From: Syntrophales bacterium
GTDB taxonomy: Bacteria > Desulfobacterota > Syntrophia > Syntrophales > UBA6807
Direction: 5' to 3'
Assembly: GCA_040767195.1 (NCBI GenBank)
Contig: JAXGPA010000001.1
Span: forward strand, 672,001 to 736,000
Length of the DNA stretch: 64,000 nucleotides
Part shown: positions 55,681 through 64,000 of the stretch, in pieces
Layout of the letters: the number at the start of each line of letters is the position of its first letter
How positions within the stretch are numbered: the stretch's first letter is position 1
Position numbers and translations under genes: made by a program
The notes under the pieces: model-generated
Database searches by the model: none
What the model was told of the DNA's origin: nothing
What the model saw: the letters and a program-made list of their open reading frames with translations, nothing else

Positions 55681-55741
55681 CCCCGGTGAAAAACAGGCGT
55701 TCTCGACCGGACTCACAGCATCGAAACCATCTCCTTGACTC

Positions 55742-56092
55742 ATGGAACCTCGAACATTACGGAAGCAGGAGAAACTCCGGAAGAGAAAGGAATTCAACCA
55801 GGCGTTTCAAACCGGAACAAGATACGACTCGAAGAACTTCATCGTCTTTGTGAGCCAGAATCCGCTGGGACTCCGAAGACTCGGTCTGACGGTCAGCAGG
55901 AAAGTAGGGAAAGCGGTCAAGAGAAATCGGATGAAGCGGCTCCTCCGGGAGTTTTTCCGTTTGAATAAGGAGAAGATGCCCGATTCCAAGGACATTCTCG
56001 TCGTCGTCAGAAAACGGGCCTCTCACCGGCTCGGGTATGAGGATGTCCGTAGGGAACTGGAACAGCTCTTCAGGGAAAAGGTGTGTTCCTGA
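55742..56092 (+). CDS. rnpA: Ribonuclease P protein component
   Basis: [28 protein letters not shown] motif. Confidence 0.95.
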   Translation: MEPRTLRKQEKLRKRKEFNQAFQTGTRYDSKNFIVFVSQNPLGLRRLGLTVSRKVGKAVKRNRMKRLLREFFRLNKEKMPDSKDILVVVRKRASHRLGYEDVRRELEQLFREKVCS

Positions 56093-56096
56093 CACC

Positions 56097-56321
56097 ATGG
56101 TACAGCACGCCGTCACCAGGATGTTTATCTGCCTGATCCGCTGTTACCAGGTTGTCCTGTCGCCCCTTTTCCCGACATCCTGCCGTTTTTTCCCCACCTG
56201 TTCGGAGTATGCCATCGAAGCCATCGGGCGTCATGGCCCCATGAAGGGGGCTTGGCTCGGGTTCCGGCGAATTCTCCGATGTCATCCCTTTCACCCCGGC
56301 GGATTCGATCCCGTGGCCTAA
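56097..56321 (+). CDS. yidD: Membrane protein insertion efficiency factor YidD
   Basis: [27 protein letters not shown]. Confidence 0.95.
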   Translation: MVQHAVTRMFICLIRCYQVVLSPLFPTSCRFFPTCSEYAIEAIGRHGPMKGAWLGFRRILRCHPFHPGGFDPVA

Positions 56322-56352
56322 CCCGGCGGGATCGCATTTGGGAGGTTTTTTC

Positions 56353-57981
56353 ATGGACAAACGCACACTCATAGCGATCGTCCTGTCGCTCGCCCTCGTC
56401 ATGCTTTACCAGTATCTGTTCGTCAAGCCCGTGGCGGTGCAGAAGCCCGCCGACCAGGCGAAACAGGAAACCGCCGTGTCAGCCACAACGACCCCCGGAG
56501 CCACCCCCGAGGCGACCTCCGGACCGGAAACCCCGATCCGGCAGAGAAGCCTCTTCAAAAGAGAGGAAGCCGTCGTTCCCGGGAAGGACATCACCGTGGA
56601 TACCCCCCTGTACACCGCCGTGTTCAGCACCCGGGGCGGGGCGCTCCGCTCCATGAAACTCAAGAATTACAAAACCGAAACAGGCCCGTCGGGTGTGCCG
56701 GTAGAAATGGTCTCACTGATACCGGAGATGTCCTATCCCCTGACGACGGGATTCTCCGATTCCACCGTGGAAATAGACCCCAACGTCCTTTTCGAAGCGG
56801 ACCGGGAAAAACTGACGCTCGCCCGGGAGGAAGGTCCGGAAACGCTGACCTTCTCCTGGACGTACCCGGGAGAAATAACGTTGGAGAAGCGTTACACGTT
56901 CCATGCCGACAGTTACCTCTTTGACCTGGACCTGACCGTCCGGAACCTGTCCGACGGCGTCATTCGGCAGACGGGCCTTCTCTCCTGGAATCACTACGTT
57001 GACCCGAACCGCGAGGAGGACAGTTACGGATTCGAAGGCCCCGTTTACTACTACAAGGATGACGTGGACACCCTGGCGGTAAAGAAAATCAAAAGTCCCC
57101 AGACGATCGGGCCGGATATCTCCTGGGGGGGGTACGAGAGCAAGTATTTCATCGCCGCCATGATCTCCCAGCAGCCCCCCCTGACCAGCCTCGTTCTCTC
57201 CAAGGAGGGCGACGACCGGGTTTCCGTGGATCTGGAAGGGCCGAGAAACGTCATCCCTCCCCAGCAGGCGGGAAGTTTCCGATACACCCTTTACGTGGGA
57301 CCCAAGGACCACACCATTCTGAAGTCCGTGGGCGCGGGCCTGGAGAATGCCATCGACTTCGGCTCCTGGATCAAGTGGCTGGCCCTGCCTCTTTTGAAAG
57401 CCCTCAAGTTCATCTATGGTTTCGTCCACAACTACGGCCTAGCCATCATCATCCTGACCCTTTTCGTCAAGATCCTCTTCTGGCCTTTGGGAAACATGAG
57501 CTACCGGTCCATGAAAGGGATGCAGAAACTTCAGCCGAAAATCAACGAACTTCGGGAAAAATACAAGGACGACAAGGCCCGGCTGAACCAGGAGGTCATG
57601 TCCCTCTACAAGATACACAAGGTCAACCCCATGAGCGGTTGCCTGCCCATTTTTATACAGATCCCCGTTTTTTTCGGTCTCTACAAGGCCCTTCTCTATG
57701 CCATCGAATTGAGGCACGCTCCCTTCGTCTTCTGGATCAGCGACCTTTCCGCCAAGGATCCCTATTACATCACGCCGATTCTCATGGGTGCCACCATGTT
57801 CCTCCAGCAGAAGATGACCCCTTCTTCGGGAAGCGACATGCAGCAGAAGATGATGATGTGGATGCCCATCATTTTCACGTTCCTGTTTCTCAGCTTCCCG
57901 TCGGGTCTTGTCCTCTACTGGCTTTTCAACAACGTCCTGAGCATCGGCCAGCAATACTACGTCAACCGGCAAAAATCATAG
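56353..57981 (+). CDS. yidC: Membrane protein insertase YidC
   Basis: N-terminal anchor, periplasmic domain, NYGLAII, NPMSGCLP, DPYYITPILM, SGLVLYW. Confidence 0.97.
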   Translation: MDKRTLIAIVLSLALVMLYQYLFVKPVAVQKPADQAKQETAVSATTTPGATPEATSGPETPIRQRSLFKREEAVVPGKDITVDTPLYTAVFSTRGGALRSMKLKNYKTETGPSGVPVEMVSLIPEMSYPLTTGFSDSTVEIDPNVLFEADREKLTLAREEGPETLTFSWTYPGEITLEKRYTFHADSYLFDLDLTVRNLSDGVIRQTGLLSWNHYVDPNREEDSYGFEGPVYYYKDDVDTLAVKKIKSPQTIGPDISWGGYESKYFIAAMISQQPPLTSLVLSKEGDDRVSVDLEGPRNVIPPQQAGSFRYTLYVGPKDHTILKSVGAGLENAIDFGSWIKWLALPLLKALKFIYGFVHNYGLAIIILTLFVKILFWPLGNMSYRSMKGMQKLQPKINELREKYKDDKARLNQEVMSLYKIHKVNPMSGCLPIFIQIPVFFGLYKALLYAIELRHAPFVFWISDLSAKDPYYITPILMGATMFLQQKMTPSSGSDMQQKMMMWMPIIFTFLFLSFPSGLVLYWLFNNVLSIGQQYYVNRQKS

Positions 57982-58002
57982 CACGGACAAGGTAGGGCAA
58001 AA

Positions 58003-58734
58003 ATGGAGAGGAAAACCATAGAATTAGAAGGAAAAACCATAGACGACGCCATTGAAAAGGCCTGCCGCGAATTTGATCTTCCCCGGGAAAGGCTGAACAT
58101 CGAAATCCTCTCGGAAGGGTCCTCGGGGTTTCTCGGCCTCGTGGGGACGAAGCGGGCGAAAATCCGCGCCAGCCTCATGACACTGAACCTGAACTTCGAT
58201 GAACCGAAGGAACCGCCTGTCGACGCCGCTCCCGAAACATCCGGCCTCGAGGAGGAAGAACCCGAAAAAGTTTCCTCGCCCCAGGCCCTTCGGGCGGAAA
58301 CCTTTCTGACCGGCCTTTTGGAGTCGATGGGATTTTCCTTTCCCGTCCGGCACGAGGAAGGAGAGGATTACATTCTGCTGAAAATCGAGGGGGACGGCAG
58401 CGGGCTTCTCATCGGAAAGGGCGGACAGACCCTCGACGCCGTCCAGTATATCGTCAACAAGGCCGTCCTCCGGGAAGGGGAGGGGCAGGAAAGGAAGAGA
58501 ATTCTCCTGGACACGGAGAATTACCGGAAAAGACGGGAGGAATCCCTCATTGAACTGGCTGAAAAACTGGGAGACAAGGTCAAAAGAACCCGCAGGCCGG
58601 CCACGATGAACCCCATGAACGCCCATGACCGCCGCATTGTACACATGGTCTTCCAGAACGACCGGCAGCTCACGACGAAAAGCCGGGGTGAAGGCACCTT
58701 CCGGAAAATTGTCATCATGCCGGTGAAAAAATAA
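58003..58734 (+). CDS. jag: RNA-binding protein Jag/EloR (KhpB)
   Basis: Jag_N (GKTIDDAI...GFLG), KH (LIGKGGQTLDA), R3H (DRRIVH). Confidence 0.93.
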   Translation: MERKTIELEGKTIDDAIEKACREFDLPRERLNIEILSEGSSGFLGLVGTKRAKIRASLMTLNLNFDEPKEPPVDAAPETSGLEEEEPEKVSSPQALRAETFLTGLLESMGFSFPVRHEEGEDYILLKIEGDGSGLLIGKGGQTLDAVQYIVNKAVLREGEGQERKRILLDTENYRKRREESLIELAEKLGDKVKRTRRPATMNPMNAHDRRIVHMVFQNDRQLTTKSRGEGTFRKIVIMPVKK

Positions 58735-58758
58735 GGCCCCCCCAAGGAGCGTTCTCTG

Positions 58759-60147
58759 GTGGCGCGGGATGTGGAAACCATAGCGGCCGTCGCAACCCCG
58801 CGGGGAAAGGGAAGCGTCGGCATCATCCGGATCAGCGGCCGGGACGCGGAAGCCATTCTTCGCAGGCTGTTTCAGCCCCATGGGGAAACGCACCGGCCCC
58901 TGGAAAGCCACCGCCTTTATTTCGGCCGGATCACCGTCCCGGAATCGGACAGGGTTCTCGACGAAGTCCTCGTCACGGTCATGAGGGCCCCCCGATCCTT
59001 CACGGGAGAAGACGTGGCGGAAATCCACTGCCACGGAAGCCCCCTCATCCTGGAACGGATCCTCGACGAAATCCTCCGTCAGGGCGCCCGGCCCGCCGAG
59101 CCTGGAGAGTTCACCCGCCGGGCTTTCCTGAACGACCGGATAAATCTCGCCCAGGCCGAGGCCGTCCTCGACCTCGTCGAGGGAAAGACGGAAAAAGGGG
59201 CGGACATCGCTCTCGCCCACCTCCAGGGCGTTTTTTCAGACCGGATCCAGTATCTTCGATACCGGATACTGGAGGCCCTGGCCCTCCTGGAAACGGCCCT
59301 CGATTTTTCCGATGAGGACCTTCCCGACGACCCGACCGTAACGATCCCCGAAATACTGAACCATTGCGCCGAGAGCCTTTCCGGGCTTCTCGCCACGTAC
59401 CAGGAAGGAAAGATATGGCGGGACGGCCTTTCCCTGGTCATTACGGGAAAACCGAACGTGGGGAAATCGAGCCTCCTGAACCGTCTGCTCGGGGAAAACC
59501 GGGCCATCGTCAGCTCCCTGCCGGGAACCACGCGGGACTTCATCGAGGAAGCCTTCACCGTGGGGGGTATTCCCGTCCGCCTCACCGACACGGCCGGCAT
59601 CCGGGAAGGACGGGACGAGGTCGAGGAAGAGGGGGTCCGGCGGGTCTGGGAGAAGACGGCCGAGGCCGACGGCGTCATCGTTCTTCTCGACGGCAGCGTC
59701 GCACTCTCTCCGGAAGATGAACTCATCATGGAAAAGCACGCAGGCAGGAAGATCCTTGTTGCCGTCAACAAGAGCGACCTCCCCCAGAAGCTGGATGACG
59801 GTGTCCTCCGAACCCTGGTTCCCGGTGCGGATCCTCTGCGCATCTCGGCGAAATACGGTGACGGCATGGCTGATCTGAAAGAGGCGATCCGCCGGATGGC
59901 CTCTTTGGATGACCGCGGGGACATCGCCGATGACGGCATCGTGACAAACCGCCGCCACAGGGACGTACTGGAACGGACACGGGCCTCTCTTAAACGGGGA
60001 AAAGAGGCCTTCCTGGAGGGCCGTCCGCCGGAGCTTCTCGCCCTGGATCTCCGGGAAGCCCTCTCCGCTCTGGGTGAAATAACCGGTGAAACGGCCACCG
60101 AGGAGGTCCTCGACATCATCTTCTCCCGGTTCTGCATCGGCAAGTGA
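58759..60147 (+). CDS. mnmE: tRNA modification GTPase MnmE
   Basis: TIAAVATP, SFTGED, GEFTRRAFLN, GKPNVGKSS, GTTRD, DTAG, FCIGK. Confidence 0.97.
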   Translation: MARDVETIAAVATPRGKGSVGIIRISGRDAEAILRRLFQPHGETHRPLESHRLYFGRITVPESDRVLDEVLVTVMRAPRSFTGEDVAEIHCHGSPLILERILDEILRQGARPAEPGEFTRRAFLNDRINLAQAEAVLDLVEGKTEKGADIALAHLQGVFSDRIQYLRYRILEALALLETALDFSDEDLPDDPTVTIPEILNHCAESLSGLLATYQEGKIWRDGLSLVITGKPNVGKSSLLNRLLGENRAIVSSLPGTTRDFIEEAFTVGGIPVRLTDTAGIREGRDEVEEEGVRRVWEKTAEADGVIVLLDGSVALSPEDELIMEKHAGRKILVAVNKSDLPQKLDDGVLRTLVPGADPLRISAKYGDGMADLKEAIRRMASLDDRGDIADDGIVTNRRHRDVLERTRASLKRGKEAFLEGRPPELLALDLREALSALGEITGETATEEVLDIIFSRFCIGK

Positions 60148-60254
60148 CGACGGCCGGCAGTGGCGCCGACGGAGACCGGTCCTTTTCCCCTGTTGATTAT
60201 TTGAAAGATCTCGTCTATTTTTCACCATGATCCCATTTCCCGGAAGAAATCGCC

Positions 60255-61250
60255 ATGTCCGAGATGTATCGAAAAGTCGCGGCCCTCATATCGCCTCTCT
60301 ATGAGGTGGGCGGGTCCGTTCGGGACGCCCTTCTCGGCCTGGAACCGAAAGACTTCGATTTCACCACGCCCCTGTCGCCGGACGACATCGAAAACAGGAT
60401 CCGGCAGGCGGGGAAACGTCCGTTTCTGACGGGAAAAAGGTTCGGCACCGTCGGCGTCCGCATGGACGGTCATCTCGTGGAAATCACCACGTTCCGCGCC
60501 GAAAGATACGAAGAGGGAAGCCGGAAACCCGATGTCACCTTTGTCGACGACCTCACGGCGGACCTCTCCCGGCGCGATTTCACCATAAACGCCATGGCCC
60601 GGGATGGGGAACGTCTCATCGACCCCTTTCACGGCCGGGCGGACCTGGCCCTGAAAACCCTTCGGGCCGTGGGGGCCCCGTCCACCCGCTTCCGGGAGGA
60701 CCCGCTCAGGATGCTCCGGGCCGCCCGCTTCAGCGCCCAACTCGGTTTCGCCGTTGAAGAACGGACCTTCCGGGCCGTCTCGAAGATGAGCCACCGGATC
60801 CTTCAGGTCAGCAAGGAGCGATGGACGTCTGAACTGGACCGGCTTCTCCTTTCGGAACATGTCAGGAAGGGGCTCGAGGTGCTCATGGAAAGCGGCCTTT
60901 GCCGCTTCATTGTCCCCGAAATTTCCCTTCAGAAGGATTACGGGCAGAATTCAAAATACCACCGGTTCACCCTCTGGGAGCACACCCTCCGGGTCACCGC
61001 TTCCGTTCCCCGGGACATCCACCTCCGCTGGGCCGCCTTCCTCCACGATGTGGCCAAGCCCTTTGTCCGGCTGAACAGGGAAGACCGAAGCACTTACGCC
61101 GGCCATGACCTTCTCGGTTATGACCTGGTCGTGCGCCTGGGCGGGCACCTGAGATGGTCGAAGGAAAGGACCCGGGCGGTGGCCGGGCTCGTCCGGGATC
61201 ACCTGAAAGCCGGAAGCCCCCTGAAGAGGGCCGATGACGGGGCGAAGTGA
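60255..61250 (+). CDS. Class II tRNA nucleotidyltransferase (CCA-adding/poly(A) polymerase family), compact
   Basis: VGGSVRD...DFD, DLSRRDFTINAMA, EDPLRMLRAARF, HD motif (FLHDVAKP). Confidence 0.85.
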   Translation: MSEMYRKVAALISPLYEVGGSVRDALLGLEPKDFDFTTPLSPDDIENRIRQAGKRPFLTGKRFGTVGVRMDGHLVEITTFRAERYEEGSRKPDVTFVDDLTADLSRRDFTINAMARDGERLIDPFHGRADLALKTLRAVGAPSTRFREDPLRMLRAARFSAQLGFAVEERTFRAVSKMSHRILQVSKERWTSELDRLLLSEHVRKGLEVLMESGLCRFIVPEISLQKDYGQNSKYHRFTLWEHTLRVTASVPRDIHLRWAAFLHDVAKPFVRLNREDRSTYAGHDLLGYDLVVRLGGHLRWSKERTRAVAGLVRDHLKAGSPLKRADDGAK

Positions 61251-61792
61251 CTATTTTCGAGAAAATAAAAATGGGAGAGAAAGAGAAAATGCCTGATAAG
61301 AAGGAAAACGATCGTCCCGTTCTGGCTTTCGCGCCTATCGGCGTTATCCGAAGCCCCTTCCGGGACCTCCGGGACATGCCCATCCAGCCGGCCGGGGCGG
61401 CGGGCGTCCGGGGAGAAGTCATCGTCGATCCCCCTTACCAGGAAGGCCTCCGGGACCTCGACGGGTTTTCCCACCTGTTCCTTATTTACCTGTTCCACCG
61501 GGTGGAAAGATGGAAGCCCCTCGTGGTGCCCTTCCTGGATTCGCAACCCCGGGGCATATTCGCCACCCGCGCCCCCGTGCGGCCCAACCCCATCGGCCTT
61601 TCCGTGGTGGAACTCCTGAAAGTGGAGGACAACGTCCTCGTTGTCCAGAACGTGGATATTCTCGACGGGACACCCCTTCTCGACATCAAGCCCTACTTTC
61701 CCGACTTCGATCACTACGCGACGAAGAAAAACGGCTGGCTTGAATCGCGGAAAGGACACGTGAAAAACCGCCGATCCGACGGGCGGTTCTGA
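61247..61792 (+). CDS. tsaA: tRNA (m6t6A37) methyltransferase TrmO/TsaA
   Basis: PIGVIRSPF, GIFATRAPVRPNPIGLS, DILDGTPLLDIKPY; start may lie a few codons downstream. Confidence 0.92.
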   Translation: MTIFEKIKMGEKEKMPDKKENDRPVLAFAPIGVIRSPFRDLRDMPIQPAGAAGVRGEVIVDPPYQEGLRDLDGFSHLFLIYLFHRVERWKPLVVPFLDSQPRGIFATRAPVRPNPIGLSVVELLKVEDNVLVVQNVDILDGTPLLDIKPYFPDFDHYATKKNGWLESRKGHVKNRRSDGRF

Positions 61793-61798
61793 CAGCTT

Positions 61799-62686
61799 TC
61801 AGGGAATGGGATCTCCCATCTCCCGGTGAAGAGCCGTCAGCGCCTCCCGGCTGAAGGCATACGACGTGCCGCAGAATTCGCAGGTAACGGCAACATCCCC
61901 CTGCTCTCGAATGAGGCGCGCCATCTCCTTTTTTCCCAGGGAGAGGAGGACCCTCTCGATTCGTTCCCGGCTGCAGGTGCACCGCCAGAAAAGGGTCTTC
62001 GTCTCCAGGGTCCGGACGGGAATCCCGTCAAAAATCTCCTCGAGAAGGCTTTCCGGCGTTCCCCCGGCCCGGAGAAACGCCGTCACGGGCGGGAGCTTCT
62101 CAATCCGACGGATCAGCTGATCCACCACCTCCCCGTCCTGTGGCGGGAGCGTCTGGACGAGGAATCCCCCCGCCGAACTCACCGCGCCGTCGGGTTCGAC
62201 GAAAACGCCGAGACCCACCGCCGAGGGCACCTGTTCCGATTCGACAAAATAAGCCGCCAGGTCTTCGGCGATTTCGCCGGTGCGAAGCTTCACGACGCCC
62301 TGGTAGGGTTCTTCCAGACCGGTATCCTTGAACACGGTCAGGAAACCTTCTTTGCCGAGAACGCCGGACACGTTCAGTTTCCCGTCCAGGGAAGGGGCAT
62401 CGGCCCCGGGATTGCCGACGAACCCGCGCAGGGCCCCGGAGTAATCGGCCTCCACGATAATTTTTCCCAGGGGGCCGTTTCCCTCGAATTTCAAGCCGAT
62501 CTGCTGGCCCGACTTCATGAGGTTTCCCATGAGGGCTCCCCCGGTAAGGGCCCGTCCCAGGGCCGCCGACGCGGCGGGCGAGGTCCCGTGAATTCGGCAG
62601 GCCCGGTCCACCAGGCCGGTGGTGACGCAGGCAAGGCCCAGGACGCCGGCCTTTTCCCCGATAACCCGGACAAGATAATTTTTCAT
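61799..62686 (-). CDS. hslO: Redox-regulated chaperone Hsp33
   Basis: [34 protein letters not shown]...CEFC zinc motif. Confidence 0.93.
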   Translation of the reverse strand: MKNYLVRVIGEKAGVLGLACVTTGLVDRACRIHGTSPAASAALGRALTGGALMGNLMKSGQQIGLKFEGNGPLGKIIVEADYSGALRGFVGNPGADAPSLDGKLNVSGVLGKEGFLTVFKDTGLEEPYQGVVKLRTGEIAEDLAAYFVESEQVPSAVGLGVFVEPDGAVSSAGGFLVQTLPPQDGEVVDQLIRRIEKLPPVTAFLRAGGTPESLLEEIFDGIPVRTLETKTLFWRCTCSRERIERVLLSLGKKEMARLIREQGDVAVTCEFCGTSYAFSREALTALHREMGDPIP

Positions 62687-62748
62687 TTTATTCCTTTCCA
62701 TCCCTCCAACAATTTCAAGACATGAAAAGCCGCCCGCCCCGGCCGGCG

Positions 62749-63735
62749 TCACACCTGGAGTTCAACCACGTCGCCGTCCTCGAAGACGTAGTCTCTCTGG
62801 ACCATCTGGCCGTCCCGGACCGCCTTTCCCCAGATCCGGGCAGTTTTCAGCTTTCCAATGAAATCCTTGTGAATTTTTTCCGCCAGGGCCTCCACGGTGC
62901 TGCCTTGGGGCAGCATGTAAGGCTCGTCCAGGTCCGGGGGTTTCCCCGGTGTCTTGGTGTAAACCCGGATGACCCCGGAAAGGCGGAAGATCCGTTCCAT
63001 GAACGCATCGAGATGGCGCTTTTCCCGGACGGAAATGGCCACCGCGGGAAGGGGCGTTCCCGTGAGCTCCAGAAAGGTCCTGTAATCCTCTTCGTCTTTT
63101 GGTTCGTCCACCTTGTTCACCGCGATGAGCGTCTTCTTGATGAAAGGGGTTTTTCTCAGGTCCCCTGGGATACGGCACCCCTCCGGAAAGACACGGTAAT
63201 CCTTAAGGATTTCTAGAAGATCTTCCAGGTGCTGAAGGAGATCTTCCTTGAGATCGAGGAGAAGGACAAGGAGGTCCGCCCTCCTGATCAGGTCCGCCAT
63301 GAGGGGGTCCACGTAGGTTTTCGTGAGGGGCGGCGTGTCCAGGAGCTGAAAGGGGACATTCTCGAAAGCCGCCATTCCGGGAAGGGGAACCTGGGTCGTG
63401 TGGGGAAAATCGGCTACATCGGGTGTCGCGTTGGTCAGCCGGGCCACCAGGGAGGATTTTCCCGAATTCGGGGGACCGAGAATCGCCACCTGGGCCGCGC
63501 CCTCACGACTGATTGAAAAGGCCGTCCCCTTCCGGGCTCCCCCTTTTTTCGTCTGGGCCTGATCCTTGTGCTTGGCGATCCGCCGCCGGAGCTCGGCCTT
63601 CAGCTTGTCCGTTCCCTTGTGCTTGGGCATGATGGCCAGCATCTCTTCCAGGGCCTCGACCTTGGCCTCCGGGGTTCTGGCCTCCCGGTAACGTTTCTCC
63701 GCTTCCTGGTACTGGGGCGGCAGGTTCGCCGGCAT
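62749..63735 (-). CDS. DRG/OBG-family GTPase with TGS domain
   Basis: MPANL..., [39 protein letters not shown] domain (IHKDF...ARIWG...DGDVVEL). Confidence 0.88.
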   Translation of the reverse strand: MPANLPPQYQEAEKRYREARTPEAKVEALEEMLAIMPKHKGTDKLKAELRRRIAKHKDQAQTKKGGARKGTAFSISREGAAQVAILGPPNSGKSSLVARLTNATPDVADFPHTTQVPLPGMAAFENVPFQLLDTPPLTKTYVDPLMADLIRRADLLVLLLDLKEDLLQHLEDLLEILKDYRVFPEGCRIPGDLRKTPFIKKTLIAVNKVDEPKDEEDYRTFLELTGTPLPAVAISVREKRHLDAFMERIFRLSGVIRVYTKTPGKPPDLDEPYMLPQGSTVEALAEKIHKDFIGKLKTARIWGKAVRDGQMVQRDYVFEDGDVVELQV

Positions 63736-64000
63736 GCGCCTTACTCTCTCTTCAGGAAAAATTCAGGATCCGTGAACACTTTGCAAAATCTCAAATATCA
63801 GTGCAGTATCACATTTTTGTACACAAAACCCCTCGATAATTCAACTGTCATCAAGAAAAGGACCTTGCACGCCGGTCCCCCGGGAAGGACGTCGAAGCCC
63901 TCGATTTCCGGACCCAGTCCCTCATCGCCGGGTGGCGCCTTTTCGTTCAGGCCTGAGAGGGTTCCGGGAACTCTTGACAAAAAGAGTCATTATGGCTCAC

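Overview
GC-rich bacterial chromosome segment made mostly of housekeeping genes. Gene content and order suggest a Desulfobacterota (former delta-proteobacterial, possibly Syntrophales-like) anaerobe; this taxonomy is inferred. Contents in order: pgi-tkt, yqeY-dnaG-rpoD, a partial his cluster, a TRAP transporter, ileS-lspA, groES-groEL, suhB, a KamA-family radical SAM enzyme, tRNA-Ala(CGC), a deoxyhypusine-synthase-like gene, xseAB-ispA-dxs-tlyA-ispH, tmk-holB-PSP1-metG, fbp-fba, a ~2 kb AT-rich insert, a secreted caspase/PEGA/FGE protein, vapBC, uvrBC, rpmH-rnpA-yidD-yidC-jag-mnmE, cca, tsaA, hslO and a DRG-like GTPase. No CRISPR array, rRNA, integrase or intact transposase was seen. The most notable observations: (1) the dnaG-linked RpoD has a rewritten region 4.2 (-35 recognition helix) although TTGACA promoters occur throughout the window; (2) a Tyr-rich uORF with mutually exclusive hairpins precedes the TRAP operon (candidate attenuator); (3) lspA has an in-frame UGA followed by a SECIS-like hairpin; (4) a small MamI-like membrane protein; (5) an IspH-UbiA-like fusion; (6) an AT-rich islet with an IS481-like remnant and a tRNA-Sec 3' fragment resembling an att scar. 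All homology calls come from motif recognition, not database searches.
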